From positions 2,436,913 to 2,460,912 of the forward strand of contig CP070695.1 of NCBI GenBank assembly GCA_020353515.1: a stretch of 24,000 nucleotides of DNA. The letters are read 5' to 3'. The translations under genes and the position numbers were made by a program. Below the pieces are notes generated by a model, which did not search any database, was not told the DNA's origin, and worked only from the letters and a program-made list of their open reading frames with translations. Numbering within the stretch: position 1 is the first letter of the stretch; each line of letters opens with the position of its first letter. This document shows, in pieces, positions 1 to 9,286 of this stretch. This stretch comes from Candidatus Heimdallarchaeota archaeon. GTDB lineage: Archaea; Asgardarchaeota; Heimdallarchaeia; Hodarchaeales; Hodarchaeaceae.

Positions 1-122
1 TCAATATCTATATCAGGTCGTATATAACACTCCTTATTAATGTCTTGACAAGGAAAATTATGACAATCTACGTCTTTCACGTTTATAACCCTTCTTTGTC
101 TTATTGTTTCTTCATGTAGAAG

Positions 123-1370
123 TTATAGTGAAAGAATTAACCAAAAAATGCCATACATAATAATAACTACAATTAAAAGAAGAAAAATTGTTAATCCATA
201 TTTAGCGAAAATCCCTGGAGTGTATGGTTCAGGTGGAAGAAAATGTTTTAATGGTTCGTTTTCATCAAATATCATCTCAATATTTCGTTTTTTCAGCTCC
301 TCAAAGAATAAATCTGGAACAGTAGCAGGTAAAGCTTCTGGGGGGAGAACTCCCGTTCCACTTATTTTTCCTTCAGCATAAAATTGAGCTGCAATTGCTG
401 CAGGAATTCCTGTAAGCTCACCCATGGCAATACTCGGTGTACAATAAACCCAATGGACAGGTTTATCATTATAAGATCCAAAAATATCTACACGTGCCGA
501 TGAGGCTGGGATTCCCCCTGTTGCGAAAAGCTTCTCAGTTGCATGAATAACTTTAGCCCAAAATTTTTGGCGAGATCTGCCTTGAATCAGATGAAGGTGT
601 TTAAATGATTCCAAAACTTTGTTATTCCAATCAGGTGTCAATCCCCCTTTTAGTGTACACTCCGTAACATTCGGTAAGAATCTGGGAATTGAAACTGGTT
701 CAGGATGTCCCCAATCAAAGATATTCACTTTGTTAATAGGGAGTGGAAAATCAATTTTGACATTTCCTTTTCCAGCAGGCGCATTTATGAATTTTCCATT
801 TTGATAAGAAGGAAAACTTCCCGTTACAGCATAATAAACGTGGAGAATCACTGCAAAACCCTCCGAATCAGCTGCCCCTCCTGCCCAGGATATATTAAAT
901 CGTACAGGGCCAGTATCTAGTTTATTATATGCACGAAGAGCCATCAAATTTGTCAAACCTGGAGTCCAACCATATCCAATGAAAATTGGGATACTGGCTT
1001 CTTTAGCAGCAATATCCATTTCCAGTACTTCTTGAGTAGGATCAGGATCATCACATATATCAACTAAAGGAATTTTTGCTTCAATAGCAGCACGAGCAAT
1101 TTTAGGGCCGAAGAAGTAGAATGGGCCAATGGCTGAACAAGCTATATCATAATTCTTCATTAGATGAACTAGTTCGATATGATTGGTAGCATCAACTTTA
1201 ACGAAATTTAATCGGGAGTCTTTCAATTGGGACATCAATTGGGTCGCCTTTTTCTCATTAATATCCGCTATTCCTATTTCTGTCCACATCGTACCAAATT
1301 TCACTGCATCTTTGACAATGTAACTTCCCATGTCTCCTGCTCCACCTAAAATTAATAATTTCACATTCAT
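123..1370 (-). CDS. Saccharopine dehydrogenase-like NAD(P)-binding oxidoreductase with a C-terminal hydrophobic tail anchor
   Basis: 415-aa ORF. The N-terminal Rossmann motif is LILGGAGDMGS (GxGxxG). Length and layout fit the saccharopine dehydrogenase/homospermidine-synthase-like family. The last ~25 aa (GLTIFLLLIVVIIMYGIFWLILSL) form a predicted TM helix. GGTGA directly abuts the ATG. Confidence 0.7.
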   Translation of the reverse strand: MNVKLLILGGAGDMGSYIVKDAVKFGTMWTEIGIADINEKKATQLMSQLKDSRLNFVKVDATNHIELVHLMKNYDIACSAIGPFYFFGPKIARAAIEAKIPLVDICDDPDPTQEVLEMDIAAKEASIPIFIGYGWTPGLTNLMALRAYNKLDTGPVRFNISWAGGAADSEGFAVILHVYYAVTGSFPSYQNGKFINAPAGKGNVKIDFPLPINKVNIFDWGHPEPVSIPRFLPNVTECTLKGGLTPDWNNKVLESFKHLHLIQGRSRQKFWAKVIHATEKLFATGGIPASSARVDIFGSYNDKPVHWVYCTPSIAMGELTGIPAAIAAQFYAEGKISGTGVLPPEALPATVPDLFFEELKKRNIEMIFDENEPLKHFLPPEPYTPGIFAKYGLTIFLLLIVVIIMYGIFWLILSL

Positions 1371-1614
1371 TCACCGTTTTTCTGTGATTAAGTCTCCAAT
1401 GATAAAAGGGCTGCTTTGGTGTACCCCAATCTTCCTTGATTGATAATTTTCGTAGTAAATTCACCACCAATGAGTGAATATCGTGAAGAAATCAGTAGTA
1501 TTAGATTGTATGATATAATAAAATTTACCCTCCCAAAATTTGGTTCATAGTAATTTTTTGAACCATTTATTCCTAGCTTTTATCAGTATAAGTTAATTGA
1601 TGGTTGATTAGATG

Positions 1615-2826
1615 TTATTTTAGCTCTAATGATTTTTCCAATGTCGAAAAATTACGATGACCTGTTTTTTCTACCGCAACAGTATCCTCAATTCGAATTC
1701 CCCATTTACCTGGATAATAAACCCCTGGCTCGACAGTTACGACATCCCCCTCAGCTAAGATGCTCTTTCTTGTAAAACTCAAGTAAGGCATTTCACCAAT
1801 GGTCAAACCAACTCCGTGACCTAAACCATGAATAAAACCCTCTTCCATAGCCATTCCAGGGTGTTTCATATAGTATAAAGGAGTTTTATGATTGCGCTTT
1901 TCAAGAATTTCACACACACTCTTGGAAATTACTTGACCATCAGTACCAGCGGTAATTTGGTCAAGGGCGGTTTGTTGAGCTACAGCAACATCCTCATACA
2001 TTGTTTTAATTTCCTTAGATGCATTCCCGATAACAAAAGTTCTCGTTGTATCAAAACAATACCCTGAGGAAATATCCTGCGGGAATATATCAAAAACAAT
2101 AGGAATTCCTGTCTTAATTTTCCGTTCGGGGGTTCCATGGTTATGAGGATCAGCCCCATCTGGGCCTGGAGCAAAAATTGTATCATGAACTGCTAATAAA
2201 TTTGTCTCAACAAGCTTTCGATTAATAAAGGCCTTTACATCTGAAACTGTTAAGGAAGTCTGCTTGTACTGAACAGTATCCCCAGATACAGAACTGTTTC
2301 TGAGCATTTCCAAAGTTTTTCGTACCACAACTTCAGTCTTATTGGCTACATCAGCAATTAGATCAAGTTCATGGGAACTCTTTGTTCGACGAACTCGCTC
2401 AATTAAATCCGGTTCTGCGAGAACTTCATAACCTTGTTGCTCTAAACGACGTGTAATATCAATAGCTTGACCTGCTTCAATCATTCCGCTCAGAATAATT
2501 TTTTTCTCCACACCCAGTTCTTTAAGTACTTTATCATACATTCTTATTCGAGCTTCATCAATTCCGTGGTCTTGTATCAACTGGAGATAATTATAGTGAG
2601 AGCTTGATAGTACATTTTTGACCAAACCCTTTTTAGCGCTCCCGATATCGAGATCTCCTACAATTAGTAAAGGATCCTCACCAGCTTTCTTAATATATAA
2701 CCCACCTCGTGGAATGTTACAACCACAGACATAAGTAAGGGAAGGATTGCCAGATGTACTCTGTCCTGTGATAATAATAGCCTCAACATTGACCTTATCT
2801 AGTTCAGTATCTAAATCCTCAATCAT
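1615..2826 (-). CDS. Xaa-Pro aminopeptidase / M24B metallopeptidase
   Basis: 403-aa ORF with a creatinase/prolidase-like N-domain plus a pita-bread C-domain. Metal-ligand motifs are present: FDTTRT, HGLGHGVGLTIGE, VVTVEPGVYYPGKWGIRIEDTV. Confidence 0.85.
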   Translation of the reverse strand: MIEDLDTELDKVNVEAIIITGQSTSGNPSLTYVCGCNIPRGGLYIKKAGEDPLLIVGDLDIGSAKKGLVKNVLSSSHYNYLQLIQDHGIDEARIRMYDKVLKELGVEKKIILSGMIEAGQAIDITRRLEQQGYEVLAEPDLIERVRRTKSSHELDLIADVANKTEVVVRKTLEMLRNSSVSGDTVQYKQTSLTVSDVKAFINRKLVETNLLAVHDTIFAPGPDGADPHNHGTPERKIKTGIPIVFDIFPQDISSGYCFDTTRTFVIGNASKEIKTMYEDVAVAQQTALDQITAGTDGQVISKSVCEILEKRNHKTPLYYMKHPGMAMEEGFIHGLGHGVGLTIGEMPYLSFTRKSILAEGDVVTVEPGVYYPGKWGIRIEDTVAVEKTGHRNFSTLEKSLELK

Positions 2827-2930
2827 TGTTAATCATTTTCCATTAGATCATTTTTCGTTTTCTTTTAAGCCCAAAAATCGGGTTTATAAAAAAGAATTTG
2901 TACTAACTGATCAGAGCCTTATATTGTGGA

Positions 2931-2966
2931 GGAAAAAGAAAAAGGGAGAATAACCCTTTTCTCCCC
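2931..2966 (-). terminator. Hairpin plus oligo-T tract downstream of the large surface-protein gene
   Basis: Read on the minus strand: GGGAGAA-aagggtta-TTCTCCC, followed by TTTTTCTTTTT. It lies ~50 nt after the TGA at 3019-3021. Oligo-T tracts are the usual archaeal termination signal. Confidence 0.45.
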
Positions 2967-3018
2967 ATTTAAGTGTCTCACACTCAACCAATGGAGTTTT
3001 GAAAGTCTATAAGCTCAA

Positions 3019-6000
3019 TCAATGTCTTCTTCGCAAGAAAACAAGTACTGATAATATAGCAAATCCTGCAATTAACGCTGTAAAGCCTGGTGTTGATACA
3101 CTAGGACGCTCGATACTTGTGGTTGATGTGGATGGTTCAGGTTCTGTTGTGGTGGGAGCCGTAGTACCGTCAGGCTCAACTGGAATCGTAGTTGTAGGTT
3201 CTGGTTCAGGTATCTCAACCGTGAACCAAACACTTGTTTCCCCTGTATTTCCGACGAGATCACTCGTATAGATAACAAGATAATGTGAACCTTCTGATAA
3301 TGACCCTAGTAAAGTATTACCTGTGATAGTTATATTTGTGGCCCCATCCAGAGAGTACCCAATCCAGGAAGCGGGTTCGTCGATTGTAAAGTCAATCCAG
3401 ACTTCATCTGTTGTATATGTGACATTCATCGGACCAGCTAGGTCAATATTTGGATTAAGGGTGTCTATTGTAAACCAATCAACAGTAAAACTACCTGAAT
3501 TTCCTGCAAGATCGTTGGTATAGATGGTAACATTATGGGTGCCTTCCGAAAGGGAGTCTAGTAACTTGTTTTCTGTAATTGTCACATTTGCAGCCCCATC
3601 GAGAGAATACCCAATCCACGAAGTGGGTTCATTCACAGTAAAGTTTAACCAAATACTGGAGCTGGAATAACCTTGATTGGTAGGATTAGTAATGGTTATC
3701 TTAGGTGGATTAACGTCGTATTGACCCCATACTCGGAAGGAAAAATCAAACCCAGGATCTGATTCTTCTAAGCTACTGATTCCCCGATAATAATTGGAAC
3801 TCACTCCAGGGATACCTCTCCAGTAATAACGATTTGCTGGTCCAGTAGATGGGGTATCAGTGCAAATGGAAATGTTGTAGGACTGACCAGCTATTAAGTG
3901 TAATGAACCAGGGATCGAGATATTCACCCAACCCAAAATGGTGATATCAGTTGGAAGTATCATTGTTTGCCATAGAATGTTTTGACCTTGTGATATATTA
4001 ATCAAAACATTGCCAGGATCTCCATCTCTTGTGATATAAAGATCTAACCGTGTTAAGGTATCATAGACTGGGATAAATTCTTGCCAGCGGATTAAATCCT
4101 CATCAAGCATGACAGAAAGGCCTGTACTATCTTGGACTTGATCTAAATATGCACTTCTATCGCAGAACAACCCTGTGGTCTTGAACGCATAGTCGAATGT
4201 AGGATTACTTGCCTGTTTATTAGTAATTCCCCGTGTATAATTAGATATTGGATGGCCCATCCATAAATAATATTGGGTCAAAGGGATGTAGGGATCCTCA
4301 CTCCGTACATAAATATAGTAAGAATTCTCTGGAATTAATGACAATGGCGCAGGGAAAGATATACTCACCCAACCTTCTGTCACAGGCATATCAGCTTCGA
4401 AGATAGTAGTAATCCAGAGTGTTGATTGATCATCAGTAATATTCACTAGGACATTCCCAGGATCACCAATTCTTTTGAAGTAGAGGTCTAGTTGAGTTAA
4501 CGTGGAATAATATGGTTTGAATTCTTGCCACGCATTCCAAGAATTACTAAAGAAATAACCTTCATCAATACTATCCTGGATTTGATCTGTAAACCCACTA
4601 AGATCACTCGATCGGATCCATGTCCGAAACGCGTAGTCATATGTAGGCCAACCTGACTGCACATTTGTATCACCTCGAGTATAATTGGATACAATGTGAC
4701 CGCTCCAGGCATAATAATGTGTACCTGAAACCATAGGATCAACACTCCGAATATAGATATAGTAGGAATTTCCAGGAATTAAAGGAAGAGCGGATAGGAA
4801 GGAAATACTCACCCAGCCACCTGGTGCTGGGATCTCCGCTTGGGAGACAGTGGTATTCCAAACAGTGGTCTGACCATCGGTAATATTCACCAAAACATTC
4901 CCTGGATCCCCCATTCTCTGGATATTGAGATCAAGTTGAGTTAACGGGGCAAATAATGGTACAAATTCTTGCCATGCGTTCCATGAATCAGTAAAAGCAA
5001 AACCATAATTCACAGCTTCTTGTACTTGGTCTAGGTAAGTAGCTGTATCACTTGGAGTACTCCATGTTCTGAAAGCAAAGTCATATGTGGGCCAACCATC
5101 ACCAACACTAGGCATTCCTCTATAATAATTGGACTTAATAAATCCCCTCCAGACATACTGGTTGTCAACATCAGGAGAAGGAGCATCACTTCCAACAGAA
5201 ATAAAATATGATTGTTCAGGAACCAAAGGGAGGGCAGGATCAACTGAAATGTTTATCCAACCAAAAGTGTTGATATCTGCTTCCAAGATGGTGGTATTCC
5301 AAAGCGTTCTGTGTCCATCACTTATTTTAATTTGCATATTCCCAGGATTGCCGTATTTGTTAATATAAAGATCCAAACGAGTCAGGGTTGAATATAAAGG
5401 CTTGAATTCTTGCCAGCGGATTACTTCAGCTTCAAACCAAAAGCCGTAATTAACTCCGTTTTGTGTCTGGTCTAAATATATCTCTCTGTCATTTGATAGA
5501 CTCCATGTCACAAAAGTAAAATCAAAATTAGGTTGAGTAGTGATGCTACTAACTCCGCGTGTATAATTAGAGTTGAGATGCCCATCCCAAGTATATCGAT
5601 CACTAGTGGATGTAGAATCTGTGTCACTCCTAACATAGATGTAATACAACCGCTCTGGGATTAAAGGAAGCGCTGATTCCAGAGTAATGTTCACCCAAGT
5701 AGCCCCACTCATAATATTTGCTTCCAATACAGTGGTGTTCCATAAGGATTGCTGGCCATCTGTAATGTTAACCAACATATTCCCAGGATTACCAATTTTA
5801 TCAACATTAAGATCTAATCGAGTTAAAGTAGAATACATTGGTCTGAACTCCTGCCAGCGAATTACTGTGTCATCAAACCAATAACCATAGTTCTCGTCTC
5901 CCTGTGTTTGGTCTAGATCTTCACCTATCTCATAAGCTCCTGATGTTTGAAATATAAAAAAGCCTGATATAATCAGCAAGAACATTCCTAAAATTAAGAA

Positions 6001-6039
6001 CATTGACTTTTTCTGTCTTTTAATAGTGAACATTATCAT
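3019..6039 (-). CDS. Large repeat-containing cell-surface (S-layer-like) glycoprotein with PGF-CTERM archaeosortase sorting signal
   Basis: 1006-aa ORF. Signal peptide (KRQKK + hydrophobic core + SGA). Five ~147-aa repeats and two ~85-aa Ig-like repeats. Thr/Pro/Glu-rich linker (EPEPTTTIPVEPDGTTAPTTTEPEPSTSTT). C-terminal PGFTALIAGFAILSVLVFLRRRH, i.e. PGF + TM + basic tail. Many N-x-S/T sequons. AGGAG lies upstream of the ATG. Confidence 0.88.
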   Translation of the reverse strand: MIMFTIKRQKKSMFLILGMFLLIISGFFIFQTSGAYEIGEDLDQTQGDENYGYWFDDTVIRWQEFRPMYSTLTRLDLNVDKIGNPGNMLVNITDGQQSLWNTTVLEANIMSGATWVNITLESALPLIPERLYYIYVRSDTDSTSTSDRYTWDGHLNSNYTRGVSSITTQPNFDFTFVTWSLSNDREIYLDQTQNGVNYGFWFEAEVIRWQEFKPLYSTLTRLDLYINKYGNPGNMQIKISDGHRTLWNTTILEADINTFGWINISVDPALPLVPEQSYFISVGSDAPSPDVDNQYVWRGFIKSNYYRGMPSVGDGWPTYDFAFRTWSTPSDTATYLDQVQEAVNYGFAFTDSWNAWQEFVPLFAPLTQLDLNIQRMGDPGNVLVNITDGQTTVWNTTVSQAEIPAPGGWVSISFLSALPLIPGNSYYIYIRSVDPMVSGTHYYAWSGHIVSNYTRGDTNVQSGWPTYDYAFRTWIRSSDLSGFTDQIQDSIDEGYFFSNSWNAWQEFKPYYSTLTQLDLYFKRIGDPGNVLVNITDDQSTLWITTIFEADMPVTEGWVSISFPAPLSLIPENSYYIYVRSEDPYIPLTQYYLWMGHPISNYTRGITNKQASNPTFDYAFKTTGLFCDRSAYLDQVQDSTGLSVMLDEDLIRWQEFIPVYDTLTRLDLYITRDGDPGNVLINISQGQNILWQTMILPTDITILGWVNISIPGSLHLIAGQSYNISICTDTPSTGPANRYYWRGIPGVSSNYYRGISSLEESDPGFDFSFRVWGQYDVNPPKITITNPTNQGYSSSSIWLNFTVNEPTSWIGYSLDGAANVTITENKLLDSLSEGTHNVTIYTNDLAGNSGSFTVDWFTIDTLNPNIDLAGPMNVTYTTDEVWIDFTIDEPASWIGYSLDGATNITITGNTLLGSLSEGSHYLVIYTSDLVGNTGETSVWFTVEIPEPEPTTTIPVEPDGTTAPTTTEPEPSTSTTSIERPSVSTPGFTALIAGFAILSVLVFLRRRH
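3214..3723 (-). repeat. Two tandem ~82-88 aa Ig-like/beta-sandwich coding repeats
   Basis: aa 773-860 and 861-942 align with each other: WLNFTVNEPTSWIGYSLDGAANVTITENKLLDSLSEGTHNVTIYTNDLAGNSG versus WIDFTIDEPASWIGYSLDGATNITITGNTLLGSLSEGSHYLVIYTSDLVGNTG. Confidence 0.75.
3724..5934 (-). repeat. Five tandem, diverged ~441-444 bp coding repeats (about 147 aa each) inside the surface protein
   Basis: The landmark (Y)LDQxQ recurs at aa 42, 189, 336, 484 and 632. Shared blocks are xWQEFxPxYSTLTxLDL, GxPGNxLVNITDGQ, LWNTT, GWVxIS, LPLIPxxSYYIYVRS, SNYTRG and FDYAFRTW. On the plus strand the complement of the WQEF codons recurs near 4085, 4528, 4972, 5413 and 5855. Confidence 0.85.
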
Positions 6040-6237
6040 ATTAATTATTATCTCCTTGCATGTAAGTGATGACTCTTAAAAATTCTCCTTCCCGATGTAT
6101 AAATAATTTTCTAAATGAAGGATTTTCTCTCGTCTATAAGGATAAGGAATCCCAACATTAAAGAGAAGGAGATTAATTCAATTTTATACCAAGTAAATAT
6201 CATAAAATAAAAAAGAAAGTATTACGGGGTAATTTTT
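6040..6237. promoter_or_regulatory. Divergent intergenic promoter region with TATA-like boxes for both flanking genes
   Basis: TATAAATA at 6098-6105 lies ~59 nt upstream of the minus-strand ATG at 6039. TTTTATAC at 6182-6189 lies ~50 nt upstream of the plus-strand ATG at 6238. This is pattern matching only. Confidence 0.3.
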
Positions 6238-7278
6238 ATGCCAATTGAAACAAAAATTACCAATATGTTCGGAATTAAACATCCTATTATTGCTGCACCA
6301 ATGGCTCCTTTCCACACTACTGAGCTAACTATTGCGGTTTCCGAAGCAGGGGGATTAGGTGTTCTTTCTCAAATTGGTCTTCTAGATGAGGACAGAAATC
6401 CTGTTGATGTGATGAAAAAGAATATGCAGTATGTTGTTGAACATACAGACAAACCTTTCGGATTTAATATTCGAACTTCTAGATTAGAACCCTTTGCATC
6501 AGCTTTATGTTCTGAAATCCCAAAATTCATCCTAGGAAATCGAAGAATAAAGGAGCAGTGCGTTTATGCTCTAACAAGTGCAGGCTCACCAAAACCACTC
6601 CCAAGTTCTAAATCGTTTCAGGAATTGAAAAGGAGCTCTCAGATTAAGCATTTTCATGTTGCGCCAGCTTTATGGTTAGCTAAAAAATGTGTTGATACTG
6701 AAGTCGACGGATTAGTTGTTACAGGTAATGAAGGGGGTGGACATCAATCATATGAAAAGGTGAGTTCCCTTGTACTTCTTCAGCAAGTACAGCAAGAATT
6801 TCCAAATATTCCCCGTATTGCATGTGGAGGTTTTGCGACAGGTGAGGGATTAGCTGCAGCTCTATCACTTGGAGCAGGCGCAATTGCCATGGGATCCCGT
6901 TTTATCGCTTCAAAAGAATGTGAATTTCATGATACATACAAGAATGTCGTTCCACCTGCTAAAGCTCAAGATACCATACTTGTTACAGGGATATTAGGTC
7001 CTATTCGACTGTGGAAGAATAAGTATAGTCTCCACCACGATTTGGTAGCTACTAAGGAGGAAAAGATAACCCAGGAATCAGGGATGGATAAAGAAGAATT
7101 GGGGGCAGCAGCACGAGCATATGATTTAGCATACCAAGGAAATGTCGATGATGGGGCAGTTCTTCTAGGACAAAGTATTGGTCTGATTGAAAGCATTGAA
7201 AATGTTTCAGTTATAATTGAAAGAATAGTGAGAGACGCTGAAAAAGCGATTAAAGATACAGTAAGTTATTTCAAATGA
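6238..7278 (+). CDS. Nitronate monooxygenase (2-nitropropane dioxygenase) / FabK-like FMN-dependent oxidoreductase
   Basis: 346-aa ORF. The N-terminus FGIKHPIIAAPMAPFHTTELTIAVSEAGGLGVL matches the NMO family signature (PIIQAPMAG...AAVSNAGGLG). Later motifs are VTGNEGGGH and GAGAIAMGSRF. Confidence 0.8.
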   Translation: MPIETKITNMFGIKHPIIAAPMAPFHTTELTIAVSEAGGLGVLSQIGLLDEDRNPVDVMKKNMQYVVEHTDKPFGFNIRTSRLEPFASALCSEIPKFILGNRRIKEQCVYALTSAGSPKPLPSSKSFQELKRSSQIKHFHVAPALWLAKKCVDTEVDGLVVTGNEGGGHQSYEKVSSLVLLQQVQQEFPNIPRIACGGFATGEGLAAALSLGAGAIAMGSRFIASKECEFHDTYKNVVPPAKAQDTILVTGILGPIRLWKNKYSLHHDLVATKEEKITQESGMDKEELGAAARAYDLAYQGNVDDGAVLLGQSIGLIESIENVSVIIERIVRDAEKAIKDTVSYFK

Positions 7279-7391
7279 TGAAATTATACAAAATAGATTG
7301 AGGGATTTATACAAAAAATAAACACAAAGTTGGTTTACATACAATCCTCTCTGAAACCCAGAAGGTACCACACTATCTACGTGATAAAATC

Positions 7392-9110
7392 ATGATTTCA
7401 CCAAATTCTGAAAAAGACCATTTAGGAAAAGACTTCATTCGTAAAATGATTTCGGAAGATGTGAAAAATAATAAAAACAATGGCCGAGTCCATACCCGTT
7501 TTCCTCCTGAACCAAATGGCTGGCTCCATATAGGCCATGCAAAATCAATTCATCTCAATTTCACTATCGCAGAAGAATTCAATGGATTATGTAATTTACG
7601 GTTTGATGATACTGATCCGGCAAAAGAAAGTATGGAATACGTTGAAGCCATAAAAAAAGATGTTCAATGGCTTGGGTTCGATTGGGAGGATAGACTCTAT
7701 TTTGCTTCAGATTATTTTGAACAGTTATATCAATTTGCTATAGAACTGATTAAAGCTGGTAAAGCGTATATCTGTGATTTGAGTGTTTCCGAAATTAAAG
7801 AACAAAGAGGAACCTCTGAAGAACCAGGGATTGAAAGTCCGTATCGGAACCGATCAGTAGAGGAAAATATTGATTTATTCGAGAGGATGCGTAAAGGAGA
7901 GTTTGAAGACGGTTCCCGAGTGTTACGGGCTAAGATTGATATGACTTCTCCTAATATGCTAATGCGTGATCCAATTATGTACCGAATCAAGAGAGAAGCA
8001 CATTATAGAACTGGAAACGATTGGGTAATTTATCCCAGTTATGATTATACTCACGGTCAGTCTGATGCAATCGAAGGAATCACACATTCACTCTGTTCTT
8101 TGGAATTCGAAACTCATAGACCTCTTTATAATTGGTATAGAGATCAATTGTTAACTTTAAACTTACTTAAATTCTGCCCAGAGCAGACTGAATTTTCACG
8201 ATTGAACTTGACATATACTGTTATGAGCAAACGACGCTTATTAGAATTGGTTGAAGGTGGACATGTTTCTGGTTGGGATGATCCCCGTATGCCAACTCTT
8301 GCTGGTTTACGAAGACGTGGACTGCCCCCTGAAGCTATTAGGCGTTTCTTAGCAAAAGTAGGCATTTCTAAAAGGGAGAACTATATTGATGTGGGTCTCT
8401 TAGAATCCTGTATTCGTGAGGAATTGGATGAAACGTGTAAACGTGTGATGGCTGTATTACGGCCTTTAAAGGTTATCATCCTGAATTATCCTGAAGGTGT
8501 TGTTGAAGAGTTAGAGGCATCCAATCATCCTAAAGATTCAAGTATGGGCTCGCGAAAAATTCCATTTTCACGGATACTGTATATAGAGCGTGATGATTTT
8601 CTTGAAGATCCACCTAAAAAGTTCTATCGATTAGCTCCTGGAAGAGAAGTCCGATTACGATATGCCTATTTCATCAAATGTGTTGATGTTATCAAAGACG
8701 GAATAAATGGCGAGATTAAAGAAGTACATGTGACTTATGATCCAGAGACTAAAGGAGGATTTGCTCCAGATGGACGTAAAGTGAAAGCTACTCTCCACTG
8801 GGTTTCAGCGAACCATGCAATTCCTGCAGAAGCACGTTTATATGATCGGCTTTTTATTAAGGAAAATCCAATGGACGATGCTAACTTCATTAAAAATCTA
8901 AATACTGATTCATTAGAGAAGCTAACCTGTTTTGTGGAATCAAGTCTTGTGAGTGCGGCTCCAGGAATGAGATACCAATTTGAACGATTAGGATATTTCT
9001 GCGTGGATTCAGTTGACTCCTCAGGTAAACGACTGGTCTTCAATCGAACAATAACTTTACGCGATACTTGGTCTAAGCTCAAACAATCCCAAAAAAGGAT
9101 GAAAAAATAA
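7392..9110 (+). CDS. glnS: Glutaminyl-tRNA synthetase (glutamine--tRNA ligase), bacterial type
   Basis: 572-aa ORF. The HIGH region is [23 protein letters not shown] and the KMSKS region is VMSKR. Blocks [69 protein letters not shown] and [12 protein letters not shown] are collinear with E. coli GlnRS as I remember it. That includes the C-terminal beta-barrel anticodon-binding domains. Confidence 0.92.
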   Translation: MISPNSEKDHLGKDFIRKMISEDVKNNKNNGRVHTRFPPEPNGWLHIGHAKSIHLNFTIAEEFNGLCNLRFDDTDPAKESMEYVEAIKKDVQWLGFDWEDRLYFASDYFEQLYQFAIELIKAGKAYICDLSVSEIKEQRGTSEEPGIESPYRNRSVEENIDLFERMRKGEFEDGSRVLRAKIDMTSPNMLMRDPIMYRIKREAHYRTGNDWVIYPSYDYTHGQSDAIEGITHSLCSLEFETHRPLYNWYRDQLLTLNLLKFCPEQTEFSRLNLTYTVMSKRRLLELVEGGHVSGWDDPRMPTLAGLRRRGLPPEAIRRFLAKVGISKRENYIDVGLLESCIREELDETCKRVMAVLRPLKVIILNYPEGVVEELEASNHPKDSSMGSRKIPFSRILYIERDDFLEDPPKKFYRLAPGREVRLRYAYFIKCVDVIKDGINGEIKEVHVTYDPETKGGFAPDGRKVKATLHWVSANHAIPAEARLYDRLFIKENPMDDANFIKNLNTDSLEKLTCFVESSLVSAAPGMRYQFERLGYFCVDSVDSSGKRLVFNRTITLRDTWSKLKQSQKRMKK

Positions 9111-9169
9111 TTTATCCTTTTATCACAAAAATCTAGTAATTTTACGTCCTTTTCATGTTAAAAGGGTGA

Positions 9170-9241
9170 CAGCCCCGCCCAGAATCGAACTGGGGTTATA
9201 GGATTCAGAGTCCTAAGTGATAACCGCTACACCACGGGGCT
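9170..9241 (-). tRNA. tRNA-Gln (anticodon CUG)
   Basis: Minus-strand read: AGCCCCG TG GTGT AGCGGTTA TCAC T TAGGA CTCTGAA TCCTA TAAC CCCAG TTCGATT CTGGG CGGGGCT G. This gives a clean cloverleaf with a 7-bp acceptor and 5-bp anticodon and T stems. The T-loop is TTCGA, the anticodon is CTG, and no CCA is encoded. Confidence 0.88.
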
Positions 9242-9286
9242 CATCATGCGAATCATCATATTTAAGTCAAGTATAGAAGAAAGAAA

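Noticed and set aside
1-80. Possible partial minus-strand ORF starting at GTG 80 (VKDVDCHNFPCQDINKECYIRPDIDI...) and running off the window start
   Set aside because: Only ~26 codons are visible, the start is GTG with a weak RBS, and no motif is identifiable. That is too little evidence to call a gene.
2999-3271. Plus-strand 90-aa ORF (and similar ones at 3323-3523, 5129-5368 and 5687-5884) overlapping the large surface-protein gene
   Set aside because: They lie antisense to a strongly supported 1006-aa CDS and have low-complexity Gly/Val/Ser composition that mirrors the Thr/Pro-rich linker on the other strand. They show no RBS or family motifs and are treated as shadow ORFs.
3724-5934. The 441-444 bp periodicity as a DNA-level tandem repeat, CRISPR-like array or recent expansion
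   Set aside because: The period is far too long for CRISPR. The copies are diverged at the nucleotide level and lie entirely within one ORF, so they are old protein-domain repeats rather than a noncoding or hypervariable array.
8735-9082. Minus-strand 115-aa ORF inside glnS, and other short antisense or overlapping ORFs from the track (148-381, 619-920, 1258-1470, 1980-2186, 7730-7990, 8144-8365, 9823-10575, 12787-13026, 20149-20337, 20874-21134, 21500-21754)
   Set aside because: All are nested in or antisense to longer ORFs with clear family signatures. They have no recognisable motifs and are treated as shadow ORFs.
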